Source: Glaucostegus cemiculus (lineage: Eukaryota). From it: a stretch of DNA of 64,000 nucleotides. The position numbers and the translations under genes are program-made. Location: contig CDPCPM010000370.1 in the NCBI GenBank assembly GCA_976551045.1, positions 1,240,001 to 1,304,000 of the forward strand, given 5' to 3'. Below, in pieces: positions 1-12,992 of this stretch (position 1 is its first letter; each line of letters opens with the position of its first letter). Below the pieces are notes generated by a model that saw only the letters and a list, made by a program, of their open reading frames with translations, was not told the origin of the DNA and did not search any database.

Positions 1-1900
1 ACTCAAGGTCCATTCACTGTTCATTCTTCACTGAGCCTGATTACAAGAATTTCAGTCAGTTTTCCTCATAGACTGGGCAAATTAATACTTTGCCACGTGA
101 GTGTTCATGTTACATTGAGACGGGAACACCAGGCCCAGTCACCGTTCATATTATATTGGGGCCTTTACCTCCAGGCGAAGTTACGGATCACATCATACTG
201 GACCTTATAATACCAGATCAAATAGATTTTCCTGTTAAACTGGGTTATCTTACATCAGCGCCGTCATCATTTACCTTAAACAGGGTCACCTCATACAATG
301 TCCAGCTGATGATCTTATTGAAGGGGCCAATAGCTCCAGGCCCAGTAACTGTTCACATTTCACCGATCCCCATCCACCATGCCTGATTATTGTTCATATT
401 ATACTGAATTCGGTGACACTCTGCTCAGTCACTGTTCATGTTATATTCGGCCCGCTAATACATGGCCCACTCAGTGTTCTTAATACGCTGGATAATGCAA
501 TACCCTTCCCCAGTGAGTGTCTGTGTTATGTTAAGCACAAAGGTCCTGGCCCAGTCGCTTTTCATTTTACACTGGGCCCCGTAACAACAAACTCAGTTAC
601 TGTTCATACTATACTGAGCTAATTAACACTCCACTCATTTACTGTCCAACTTAGAGAAGACTCTATCACATCAGGCCCATTTTCACATTCTCAGGACAAA
701 GTAATACTCTGCCTCGTGAGTGGTGTGTGACATGGCTCAAATACCAGGATCAGTCACTGTTCATATCACACTGGGCCATTCGAACCCTCTAACAGTAAAC
801 TTTCACGTGATCTGTATCCTAAAACACCAGCCACAGGCACTATTGAAATTACCCTTGGCCTTAAGACACCACACTCAGCGATTGATCATATTATCCATGT
901 CCTAAATCACCAGGGACAGTTAGTGTCCTTTTTAAAATTGGTTACCTTACACCAGTCACAGGCATTATCCAAGGTAGATTGGGCCCGATGAAGCCAGGCC
1001 CAGTCACTGATCACATGACATCAGACCGTAGAATAACAGGTAAAGTCAATTTTACTCACACGATGGACAATGTATCATTCAGTCCAGTGAGGGCTGATGT
1101 TATGGAATGCTCCGACCATCTGTTCCAGTTATTCTACGTATGTTACTGCTTTTATGACAGCAAGATAAGTGACTATTCACCTGATTTGGATCCTAAAACA
1201 CAAAGCGCTGGAATACTTCAGATGACACACGATCGTATTAAACCAGGCCCACTCAGTGTGTTCAAGTTATGCTGTGCATTACAGCAACATTCCCAGACAC
1301 TACTCACGTTGCAGTCCGCCGAATAACACCAGGCCCATCACTATTCATTATACACTGTGTTCAATAACATCGGCCCCATTCCCTGTGCATATATACTGGG
1401 TCGTAAAACAACAGGTGCAGACACTTTCCTTATTATGTTTAGATCCATATTATTATGCCCGGTCAGTTTTCATGACAAACCCTGTCCTTTGACACCAGAC
1501 CCGGTACTGTTTATACTAATCTGGATCCAAATAATACAGACCTGTTCACTGTTCATATCACACTGAATCTCAACAACGACAGTCCCATTTGCAGGTTACT
1601 TTTAATTGTTTCTAAACAAGCAAATAGTGACTGATACAATTTGGTTTCCAAATCACCAGGCGTAGATACACTGCATTTTATACTTTGCAACATAAACCAC
1701 GCCGTGTCTCTCTTTATGTTAAACTTAATACGATAACACCAGGCCCATTCGCTGATTATTTCCGCTGAAAATTCCTGACTCTCACTCTGTTCATGTTACA
1801 CTGGGCCCTATAATCCCAGGCCCTGAAACGCCAAGCCCATGCACTGTTCATACAACACTGGGGTGTGTGAAACCCGGCCCAGTGACCGATCACGTAACAA
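1..1900. repeat. Degenerate ~42-bp tandem minisatellite (consensus approx. CCAGGCCCAGTCACTGTTCATATTACACTGGGCCCNATAACA)
   Basis: CCAG starts recur at 129, 171 and 213 (period 42). The motif GGCCCAGTCACTGTTCATA recurs to ~1890. ORF translations repeat PGPVTVHI. Continues off the left edge. Confidence 0.85.
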
Positions 1901-3730
1901 AAGGCAACTGCTACTTGTCATTTTTGCAATTCTTTTTCTACAGATCTGTTTGGTGAGAACATTTACAAATTATTTGACACAAGCTCTTGTTTAAAGTCCA
2001 GATTTCTCACTCTCTTTATTTATATGCCATCCCACTCCATCACTGTTTAAAGAGCACAGTTTTTATTGCATCGGGTTCTGTACTCTGGTGAGACGCCATC
2101 ACACGCAGTCTCTGTTTTAGCGCCAATTTGTACCTTTGTTTATAGAATTCTCAACACATTTTTGATGCTTGCTGAATTTCACGGAGTGATATTTCCGTTA
2201 CTGCCATTTCTGCCGACTTTACCCTGCACTCCGACCATGTTTTGCATTTCACCAAGTCTCAGTATAAATTATATTGGTGCCTGTTTGCGTTAACACCAGC
2301 CATAGTTACTCCTATCTGAACCAGACTTTTAGCTCTCTCTGCTGCAGCCGATATAGCGTCGATATTACACTCCTCCCTGTCCAGATTCACTAAACACTGG
2401 GCTATTTCTTTATATTTCCTGCCCACGTCCCTGTTTTTATGGAATCCCATCAGGAGGGGCATCAGCAAGAGAGTCACTGCACTCAGTCTGCATAGAGCTG
2501 CTCTGCCATGTTTCTCCAGTGGATAGATTGGCAAACACACTGAATAATGGTTGCACACTTGAAGATATTTGCCGCCGCAATGATTATGGGTGGAAGACGA
2601 CGTTTCGTCTGCTGAACAGCCCACGGCAGCTTCATTGCAATTTCAAATTTATATGGTATTGGGGCAGTGCTATATGTGAGTTGAACAATTCATTCAGAAA
2701 TAAAAATGGAAATTTCGCAACATTGTAAGCTCTCGGAAACGTTCTCTCTCTGTGCTTAAAACGATTAACATTTCTGAGTATCTCATTTGTGTGGGGGTAT
2801 GTATGCATTATCCCGTGTTGATCGCAGTGTTTGCAGTGACGGGCATTAGAGTTTGGATATTTGGACCGGGCAGTTGCCCATCCGACGGCAAGCTTTGTGT
2901 CACCACCCGGTGGCCATGATTATCTGACCTTCAATGTGGGAATATGATGGAAGTTAACGTCGCCATTTTGGTTGGATGTCCAGATAATTCTGTGGGTCAA
3001 AGGAGAGCGGAATTCAGTGCACTAGGCTGAACCCTGTTGAGGAAACTCAAGAATGTCGCATTCAGGCGGCAGTACAGTCCAAATGAGTACTTTAGTGAGT
3101 CAGTGCTAAGGTTTTCTCGTTAGAGAAAAATGAATAGAATTTTCGGAATTCTAAACAACGACTCCAACTTCGTAATTATAAATTCAATCTGTAAACAAGA
3201 TTTATCACCAAGTATTTTCCCGCAATTGACATGTTCTTCCGTTCACTGGCAAGTTTCCATCTATTTCGAACAAAATAAATTTCCTTCTTGGGGCCATTGC
3301 AGAGTTTATCTCGTCATTTTAGAAGTGTATTTATCTTATTTTATTTTACTTTCTTTGAAAGAACCATAGTTTCGATTCCCCCCTTTGCTTTTGTAGTCTG
3401 TGTAAAAGAACTGCGAAGAATGCTCTGAATGTGGCCTCAGTTCGTGGACATAAATATGCAGAATAAATTCTTTGAAAAGCAAAACAAATCTGCAGTTGTA
3501 GAAAACACGAAATAAAACGGAAGACGCAAGAGACTGTCAACAGGTCAGTCCGTATCTGTGGAAAGCAAACTGGAATGAACCAATGTGTGTTGGTTTTGAT
3601 CACAAGACTCTGCACTGTGGCGCTAGTTTAAATACTGAGAGGACGATCGGTGTTCCAGTGGCAGCAAAGCTGGAGTGGGGTTCAGTCCAGAAATTGACAA
3701 TGGTTCAGAAAAAAAAACATGAAACCAGTT

Positions 3731-3802
3731 TTCCCAGACTGGGAATCGAACCCGGGCCACAGCGGTGAAAGCGCCGAATCCTGAACACTGGACTATCAGG
3801 GA
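3731..3802 (-). tRNA. tRNA-Glu(TTC) gene, diverged or probable pseudogene
   Basis: Minus strand reads TCCCTGATAGTCCAGTGTTCAGGATTCGGCGCTTTCACCGCTGTGGCCCGGGTTCGATTCCCAGTCTGGGAA (72 nt), anticodon loop CTTTCAC, B box GGTTCGATTCC, T-run terminator at 3717-3709. It has a T-T mismatch in the acceptor stem, a C-A mismatch in the T stem, and the D-loop GG is lost. Confidence 0.85.
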
Positions 3803-4959
3803 TACCTGAGGAAGAATTGACCAGACAGTCTGGTGAACACTGTCAAGCCAAAATCCCACGGATCAGCCGACTTTCAACCGGAAAACCGGTGGCACCTCGG
3901 CATTTGCTGCCATCTGCGGCAGGGTTGCGCGAGAATTTCTGGTGAAGAAATGCTTCCCAATTTGTTAATAGATTGGAATGAAATTTAGATTTTAGAGGTA
4001 AGGAAAGGGTCGAAGATGCAGTTTGCGGTCACTGCAACTTGGATGTTTATCACAGAACGCGTTCATGGTATATCCCGGCATTTATTCAGCAACCTACAAT
4101 CCCCGGACACTTAGCCCGAGTTTACTCTGACGAGAACCGATTATGTGGATGTTTTCCAAAAAAACAACTTCCCTTCGGCATTCGTCAACTCGGATAATTT
4201 TCCAGCTTACACCGTCTAGAGGCAGCAGATGAGCAGCTTCAAGGAATTTTCCTGCAACTTGATACTCATTCTGATGGAAACCAGTGAAACTATCTCCCAT
4301 GAACTCCAACCGCCGTGCAGATCTCCGCTAATCTTTCTGACGCCGGGTATAACCCAGGGTGTGTGCTGTTTCCCATCGTACCGCGGAGCTGTCTCCAATA
4401 CTCTGGTGAGATTTTTGATGAGGTTCACTTGGTACAGAACCCATGATGCTTACCCTTCATCCACTGGGATCTGCCTCTGTGGAATCCCTGTCTGTAGATT
4501 ATTAGCTGCTGCACTCGAATGTTCTCTGCACCAAATCTCTTAATTGTCTCAATAGTCTGGATCCGAGAACCGCTCGGATTCACATGTCGTTCCTCAACTT
4601 TTGGTGGAATCCTAGTTTATATTCTGTTCCGTAATGCGCCCCCCGCTCTCCCCTAATTTCCCGAAAACGGTGAATGCCACTGATATCCTTCATAATCCTT
4701 GGAAGCGCGTGCAGTCAGGAGAAACAACGTTTAATACTGAACCTGTTCATGGCGGCAGCGATTGTTACACGGTAACCCGAAGAAAGGGGTAATAGGAACG
4801 GCAACCCAGCGAGAAATGGAAACAGATACGGTGACCCAGAAGGAGGGGTAAAAGGGCCACATGATAAAACCAGATTTAGAGATTAAGGAGTCAGATTGAC
4901 GTGTAAAGTGTCCAATTAAAATCTCCTTCGTTAACATTTTACAGCATATATACCGGGTT

Positions 4960-5800
4960 AGAGATATACAGAATAGTTTAATGGTTCAGCGTGAAAGCAT
5001 GCCTCTCAGCTCAGCTCGTCCATACTGCCCACTGGACATCCTTACGTATTAACCCCATTTCCCAGCTCATGGCACATATATGTCGATGCCAAAGAAATTT
5101 AAGTCATAATCTGCACACTACTTCAAAACTGTCAACGACCCAGTTTCAACCACTCTCTGATGCAATCCGTCCAAAGTACTTGGCACTGTCTGGCCGTAGA
5201 TCGTCCAGCTCATATTCACTCTGAGTCCCATCTCCCTTACCCGAAACCTCTGTCCTCCATTTCTAACTATGATATATAGAAGTCTGCAGACTTCCTGCGG
5301 TCTGCTATACCTATACCCTCGATGTTTTATATTACTCAACCACGTACACTCTAAACCTCCTCAACCACAGGAAGAATAGGTCTAGATTCTCCTGTCTCTG
5401 CTTATAACCGACCTGCTGCATCTCAGGCAACATCTGCGGAATCTCCCCTGCATTCACTTTTAGCGTTATTACATTATTTCCCATATATCAGTAACCACAA
5501 CTGTACACAGTCTTGCATTTTTCTGGACTGAACATTTTTTTTTTAATTGCAGTATAACCTCCATATTTCAGAACTTATCTACCACCTGTGATCGCACACC
5601 TATGTCTATCTGTTCCTCAATATTCATTAAAAACCCTACCATACATGCTCTGTGATCTAGCCTCATTTATGTTGACAAACCATATTGTCTCACATTTGTG
5701 GGATTAAACTGAATCTCCCATATACTGCCTGTTTCATCAAAACATCGCTTCGTCTCTGCAGCTTGAGCCTACCTTCAACAGTATCAAGACCTGTGCCAAT
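4960..5800 (-). mobile_element. Degenerate CR1-type LINE 3' fragment
   Basis: Antisense resemblance to the CR1 RT 3' region seen more clearly at 12.4, 34 and 46 kb. Boundaries approximate. Confidence 0.55.
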
Positions 5801-8120
5801 ATGGATATGAAAGGTTCAAAGGATGTGGGATGGGAACAAACAACATCGTTGAAGTATCATTAGAATTGCGAAGTCCATGTACGTCATACGTCTGGGCTAC
5901 TCCTCCCGATTTTGCGCGTTGCTTCAGTTTTATGAACAAAAACGGTTTCGATCCCAACGATAGAAGAAGTCGACTGATTGCCTCGTCTGTCACTCGTTTC
6001 AACAAGTGCTCTTTTTGTCTTATATGCTCCCAGAACATCGAAAGTATCGTCACCAACACATTACTGAAATCCATGCCGTTCAGCCTTTTTTGTACAGATT
6101 ACATTTTTCATTTTGTTGCATAAGCTGACAATTTTATGATGCGCAGCACAGATGATAGTGCGTGCTGCCTCGTCGAACAAGCGTGTGCAGCCTGGATCTC
6201 CAGATAATCATCTGGATATTGTTCTAACAAATCGTGACATTGTTTACATTTCTGCTATTCTATTTTACACCTCTGCAAATTAACTGCATTTTCGACAAAA
6301 GGTCAATGAAACTACGGATGCGTTTCATTCACAGGATCCTAGCAAATTGCTTTATCCGTTTGCAGACAACAGACTAACGGACATTTGATGTCCAACTGCC
6401 ATCGGATAACTGATCAGTCAGACGGCGGTTGAAAAATGCACGGAGGTTACTGAGTCTACAATAAGACCACTGTCTCTCCACCAACCAGTGATAACTGAGT
6501 CAGTGCAGAAAAACAAATCAGGTTTTACCGATGTAAGAAGATGGAGTGGTTAAAGAGAAGCATGAGCCTCAGTAATCGTCGATGGATTTTTAGTATTCCA
6601 TCTCCCTTTACAGAATGACGAATCAAACGCCAGCCAATATCGCGACAGAGAAGGAAGCCACTCTGTTAATCTTCTGCTGTGCTGTCTCACGGAGTATTCC
6701 ATCCGTTCCATCCGCAGCTTCTTTTCCTGTAATACTCAGACCGTCAACTCCCACCGCTTCATTAGCCTGCCAGCCATGTACACTAACTGTAATTTACAAT
6801 AGCCAATTTGATCCATTAAACATGCCCACGTGTTGGAGGAGGAAATCACTGGGTACCTACAGGTTCACTGAATGAAGGTGCAGGTGTTACACAGAGAAAT
6901 CGGAGGTCAATATCAGAAGTAGTTTTTTCCGCAGCTGTGCAGCGGCAGTATGAACCGCTGTGTCACTATCCCACTGACTTGAAGCGTTAAGTAATGGATT
7001 TGAAGCTGTGCTAATCAGATGATGCACGCGGAGACTAAACCTTTTGGCCTCTGGGACTTCAAAATGCTTCTCAGCCACAATAGCAAGAATTAAACCACTA
7101 AGTCTCTCCTGTTCTCCCATCTAATCACAAACTTTCCATTTCCCTTTCCCGTCCCCAAGAAACTCAAGCAGCAGTACCCCAAAATCTCTGCAGCGCAATA
7201 AATGCTGTTTTTCCAGCTGTATCGAAATGTCATGCAACTGAAACAATATGATTGTTCCTCTCTCTAACCACACTGCCTGACCAGTCTGACCATAGTTCCA
7301 GCCCGACACTGAACAACGAACGATCCAGCTATTCACATTCATAACTCATTCAGCATCATGTATTTGATCTGGAAGTTTCAAAGTGCACTTCCATTCGTCC
7401 GGAAATCTGATCACACTTTGGCATTCAGCAAGATTCAGTGCTTTGCCTCCGCCAGGAATGCGCTCCTCAGTCATGGGCGATCACGAGAAAATGATTGAGA
7501 ATTTCCGTGATGTAACATCAGATGGCGTCGTACCGTAATAGACAACGTGACTGCAGAAACTGACGGCACACAGGAACATCAAACCATTCAGCATTACTGT
7601 GTCCGCCAGAAAACAACCAAACGATTTGATCCCGCCTCAGCCGTGGATGTGAATCCCTGCAGGTGCGCACTGAAGTGCTGAATGCCACATCACTTCCGTC
7701 ATCTTCTCATGTATCTTTTAAAGATGCGGCCTGACCTGGTGAGTATTTTCAAAATTGTCTCCCTTTCTGCCAGTTTTCCAGGATCTGCGTTAAAAATAAC
7801 GAATGTTGCTTCTTGTGTCGTCGGATATATGTCACCAGATTCGAGGCACCTTCTTTTGTACGAAGAAATTCCCGGTTGTACCGATTTCAAAATATGGTTA
7901 CGGACTAACACCCGACATATTTCCTGTCCTGCGATATTCGTTGGAGATGTACTAGTTTGTCTGTTTTTCACGGTCTCTGTCCTTTTCACAAAGCGCACTT
8001 TCCTTGCACCCGTTGGCAAATAATTCTCCTTCTACTCCACCGTACACTGATCCCGCCGTACCAGTCACGCAGAAGTAGTGACATTTCTGTACGAGGGTGC
8101 TCTTTGCTGATCCCGCCATG

Positions 8121-8424
8121 TCACTCAACGCGCAGTGATACAGCACTCCGTCTGACAGCTGCAATCTGCAGGGAAAATTTACCCTCATTTTGCAACTTAT
8201 GGAGAGATGCAGAAAGACAAGCAGAAATATATCGAGCCCTGAAACTTCTCCGGAGCAAGGAATGAGGATAAAGAAGCTGAAACCAATGTTCTCGTTCCAA
8301 CGGTACAATTATAATGAATATATGGTATTAGTGGTCCAGAAGCTGTAATTAATAGTCGCCAAGTCTCCTTAAATCCGCCTCACGTTATCCAATTCATTTG
8401 AGACCAATTCTACGGAATCTACAC
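8121..8424 (-). pseudogene. TCR alpha/delta-type V pseudogene (inverted)
   Basis: Minus strand: acceptor AG at 8426-8425, then ...GDLATINYSFWTTNTIYSL*LYRW... and ...RLQLSDGVLYHCALSD. First Cys and Trp lost, stops present. Decayed RSS: CATGGCG (8120-8114), 23 bp, ACAGAAATG (8090-8082). Confidence 0.75.
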
Positions 8425-10203
8425 CTTCACAGACCCGTTATTACAATATACATTTGTAATAATTAACATGCGATGGGGCGAAGAAAATAGGTCAGGTTCC
8501 TTCTTCTGGGAGAAGGAAGAGGTAATTTGGTCATTTTACTAAATTATGTAATTTGATACCGAAGGGAGAATTGGAGATTTGGACAGAATTTGATAATTTG
8601 CAAACTCACTGGTTTGCAAATAAGCTGCGACCGCGAGAATTGAAACAGCAGAAACAGCGAACATGCTTGCCGATGACGTATCTGAACAGAGATGTCGAAC
8701 CGGAAGGTATTTTAGAGAGCATGTTCTGCGATATACGGTCTCACTGCTGATTGAGTCATTGTAATAGTTCACCGTCGGTACTCAAGGCGCCCAGAAAGAA
8801 ATGAGCTGTCAACTAATGATGAGTGCCTCCTGCACCTTGAATGAAAATCCATGTTTTGCAGAATTTCACAGATATGTAAAGACAGAAAAATTGTCCTTCC
8901 ACGAAGTGGTCTGCAGGGTTTGTCTCCTTTCTGGTTCATAATGCAGTGAAAGTGGCCAGAACCTCATCGTGAATTGTGCACGGAATATCTGAGCACCGGT
9001 GAGAGGATCCAAAGTGCAGGTTTACACTGGCCAAATAATTATGTACAGAGCTCCTGCAATCTTGGTTTTAGTGTTCAGGCAAATAAAGGGTGTGATCAAT
9101 GTTCATTTAAGGGACTGGGGGACGATTCCTTTCTCAGGAGTTGAGGCAGGAACATTATGAGAGAAGGGCACCCGCGTAAACATATACAGCGGTTGGAGTT
9201 TCTGAAAGAGGATTCAACAAAGTTTCACGACTATGAGCGTCGACGCGGACATATCGACCTCAGAGTCGTTCAACTACTGTCGAGAGATAGTCAAACTGCT
9301 GAATTTCGTGTGCTGCAGAGAAATGTCTTCTCCCAGAAACTGCTTTCTTCTCTGAACTTCTGAAGCATTTCAACAGAATAAAATCGATCAAGTCGTCCCT
9401 GTGTTGCCCATACCAAAGTACGTTATATCCGCTGTTCAATGTTGTGTCGCAGGTGGAGTTTCATGTAAAGGATGCTCCTTCTGTATCCGGAGCTGAGGAA
9501 AGCGGCTGGGTGTCAATGAGGTTCTGCAGCCGTGGTAATCTATGTTGCCTCGGTATATACATGTTTGCTCTTTATTTATTTTTGAGTTCCTTCAATGCCA
9601 TCTTCTTTCTTCCTGTTTTCGGCCCTCGAGTACATTCCCTTCCCGTCCACATATCTGTTTCTCTCTGCAACTACCATGGGAAAGGTAACGGCTGCAATAG
9701 TTGACAGTCTTTTAACCCAATCCCATCCGAAGGACACCTAGAACCCGCCACCTGTTTCCTTCTTTTTTCTGTTCCATCTTTATACGATTCATTCGTTTTT
9801 CTCTGATTATTTCTTTCATATTTGCTAATTTGATCCAGTGTTTTCTATCAGCTCCTTCAACATGGTAAAATAATGGACGCGTTGCATCCGCTGACAATTA
9901 GCTGTCAGTTATTTAAAAAAAACTAATAGTGGCGCAATGAGGAATAAATGTTAAGTTGTAAAAACAATTTGTTCCGAATTTGCTCCTGCCCCATTTCTAA
10001 GATGTTGACAAACTTTAGCATAAGGAGTGAGTGCAATCGTATGAATTATACGGCAAGTCATTCCTTCCCAGAAGTCCGAGAACTCTCTCTCTCTCTCTGG
10101 CGTGTGTTTCCGACTATTATACAGTTATCAGCTCTGAAGCACGACATTCTGGTGTTTAGAGGGAGCGGATGGCATTATATCCTCTCCTGCGTGCTGCTCT
10201 GCA

Positions 10204-10216
10204 GGAAGTGACGTCA
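10204..10216 (+). promoter_or_regulatory. ETS/CRE composite motif GGAAGTGACGTCA
   Basis: Perfect TGACGTCA; AGTGACGTCA fits the CRE-type decamer of TCR V promoters; ~670 bp upstream of the V leader at 10883. Confidence 0.35.
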
Positions 10217-10882
10217 TGACAACTTCAAACAGTGCTCTCGGGTCTGGCTGATGGACGCTTTGTCGGCTGATGAGACATGCAGTCATTCTGCAGACGGGGA
10301 CATCGAAGATGAGACACCTGCTGCACGCTGCGACGTGGGTGATGATCATTATCCGTAAGCAGAAACATTTCTGTAATCAGTTGCACTTCCAGTGAGACGG
10401 CATTTACAAAATATAGAATGATTCAGTGGAAATTTCAGCTTGTTTGTTGAGACAAACATATATTAAAATCAATCGTGCACGTCGACTAAAAGGGGAAAAA
10501 TATATAATTTTAAGTACTTTTAAGGGACGTGTAATTTCTTAGAAAATGTCGCAGTTCTTTCTCTCAGGAAAGGAAAGCATGAGTGTTTGATCCATGTGAG
10601 AAACGTCTTTCTGAACTCGACACTGAAGGCCCGGTTTTGAAAATTCGTGGTGTATACAAAAAAATAACGTCTTTTTCCAGGGACTGTGAAAATCTTCCAC
10701 ACAGGACAGTTGGGCTGAATATCATAAACAAATAGTACACGTTTCAGAACAAAACACGAGAAAGGGAAATATGAGACTATGATTAACTGAGATGATATAA
10801 GGGAGGTGGGGATTTGGTAAAGGTGGAAACCTGTGCGCGATATGCAGGCGGTCAAATTCCGTTTGTTATTAACAAACTAATT

Positions 10883-11287
10883 ATGCGCCATTATTTTGTG
10901 AAATATCTCCTCCATACTCTCACCTACAGTATGGTTCAGTCTGAAATTTAGGTTTATTTTCTCCCTCTCCTTAACGTGTTGCAGGTCTAGTCCATGCAGA
11001 TTCCGTGACCCAAGAGGAAGCCGCAATGAGTCGGACAGAGCGTGAAGAGGTTACTTTATCTTGCACTTATGCCAAAGAACGTTATTTCTTATACTGGTAC
11101 CGCCTGTACCCTGTGGATGGCCTGCGTTTGCTGTTCGGATGTACACTGATGGGGGTGATGAAATTCAGGCTGATTTCACACGAGACCGGTTTTCTCACGC
11201 AGTCCACCAGTCGGAGAAAAAGTACCGTTTGACTATCTCTGATCTGCGGTTGTCTGACACGGCGGTGTATTACTGTGCAGTGCGTGT
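10883..11287 (+). pseudogene. TCR alpha/delta-type V segment with a 1-nt frameshift (leader 10883-10928, V exon 10985-11287)
   Basis: Leader MRHYFVKYLLHTLTY with donor GTATGG and acceptor GCAG. Reads DSVTQEEAAMSRTEREEVTLSCTYAKERYFLYWYRLYP, shifts frame near 11113, then GWPAFAVRMY...YRLTISDLRLSDTAVYYCAVR. Confidence 0.9.
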
Positions 11288-11326
11288 CACAGTGCCTGGA
11301 ACGGTGTGTAGACTCGTACAATAACT
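11288..11326 (+). promoter_or_regulatory. 23-spacer recombination signal sequence
   Basis: CACAGTG (consensus) + 23 bp + ACAATAACT. Confidence 0.92.
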
Positions 11327-12337
11327 GCCGCGCAATTCTTGGGCACATCTGCTGTCTATTCAGGGATGATGATTACTGCAGCTCAGACAGTGGCACCGGA
11401 AACCATCAACTGTGTGCAGAGAGCACGAGCAGATGGATCAACGTTCGCGTTGTTTCTTGACTCCTTCTAATTCTTGCTGTAACTGTCGGCTTCAATATGT
11501 TTACTGTTGATCCTCCGACCACAACTAAAAAGATCTCAAGTGGTAGAGTTAACAGACAGCCGATGATTAACTGACCACTCTCTCACAATGAGCAAATAAA
11601 GATTGGTTGAAGTTTCTGCTGTGCGGCATAACCAGTGTGATTGGAAAATGTTAACATTCTCAGGAGCAACATCTGTTACTTCGGCTGCGCTCTCTGTTGC
11701 AAACTCAACATTTTAGCTGATTAATATTTGTTCCTGAACAAGTAGATTCCTGCGGCAGTTTTCCAGAACTACAGACAGCACAGGATAACCTCAATTTTGC
11801 CAGCAAAAAATCGTTAGGCCTGAGGTGTTTATAAAACACCCGGTAGCCCAGGTGTTCTTTATACACGGGTTGATTAGGGGCAGATGAACGACAATTAACA
11901 CAGAAAGTTTGGAAGGACACAATCACTCACACATCGGGGTATATGGTCCGTAGAAATCAGGAAAACAAAAGGCCAATTGCAATGTCGTCGAAAGGCGAGG
12001 AAATACCCGTGGAATTGGGAAGACGCAAACTCAAGAATATACCACAGTAGACAATGAAACCGTTGATGGATTATTCAGTGAATGATTTAATCGGTTAACT
12101 GATTATGACTTTTTTTCTAGCAGGCTTTCATTTGGCTGAATAAATGTTGCAAATAAAGCCAGCAAGGACATCACGAACGGGTTTAGAACATTACATGGAG
12201 ATAGTTCAGCAATAAATTATAAAGGTTGCACCCAACACAAGATGTCATTTTCGACACTATACAGTTTATAAGGATCACGCTGCTAGCTCTGCCGTTGTTT
12301 TCCTCATGATGTCTGAATTCGGCACAGGGAAACGTCA

Positions 12338-12713
12338 CCATAGAACCATAGAACCATAGAACAATACAGCACAATACAAGCCCTTCCGCCCTCCATGTTG
12401 TGCCGTCCATCAAACCACGCCTCACTATCTAACCCTTTCCTCCCAATTATCCTTCTGTCCCACATTCCTCCACATGTCTATCCAACAATCTCTTGAACCT
12501 GTCCAACGTATCTGCCTCCACCACCAGCCCAGGCAGCGCATTCCATGCGTCAACCACTCTGTGGATGAAAAACCTCCCTCTGACATCTCCCCTGAACTTC
12601 CCTCCCATAACCTTAAAGCCATGCCCTCTTGTCTTGAGCATTGTTGCCCTGGGAAAGAGGCACTGGATGTCTACTCTGTCTGTTCATCTCAATATTTTGT
12701 ACACTCTCAATAT
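12338..12713 (-). mobile_element. CR1 LINE 3' end (RT C-terminus, 3' UTR and tail)
   Basis: ORF 12447..12641: KTRGHGFKVMGGKFRGDVRGRFFIHRVVDAWNALP...FKRLLDRHV, a typical CR1 ORF2 end. Tail (TTCTATGG)x3 at 12338-12361. Confidence 0.9.
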
Positions 12714-12992
12714 TTTGCACATAAACCCTGCTGAATATCAGACAACATAGGTGAATCGAAGTACCATATTACTCCTCGTGTTACCACTTGGCAGTAAATC
12801 CACAGGAGTCGCTCGCATCCATCTCCAAAGTGCTTTGGCCCAATGCAGATTGAGAATTTCAGGGAATAATGAAGGGTTTAGGTCATTGGTCCTTCTCTCT
12901 CTCTCATAGACGGAGATTCTATGTCACTTCATCAGCAAACTGGGATAGCCCCAGTTTCCGCTGCATCATAATATCATCCATTCTCTGCTGCC

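Noticed and set aside
90-1566. Proline-rich ORFs repeating PGPVTVHI
   Set aside because: Translations of the 42-bp minisatellite; short, frame-broken, no exon structure.
1-1900. Palindromic repeat array as a CRISPR
   Set aside because: Units are contiguous and degenerate with no unique spacers; eukaryotic context; no cas genes.
2066-4543. ORFs (2259..2624, 4094..4428) as LTR-element gag remnants near the tRNA
   Set aside because: No recognisable gag or pol motif, LTR pair or primer-binding-site geometry by eye.
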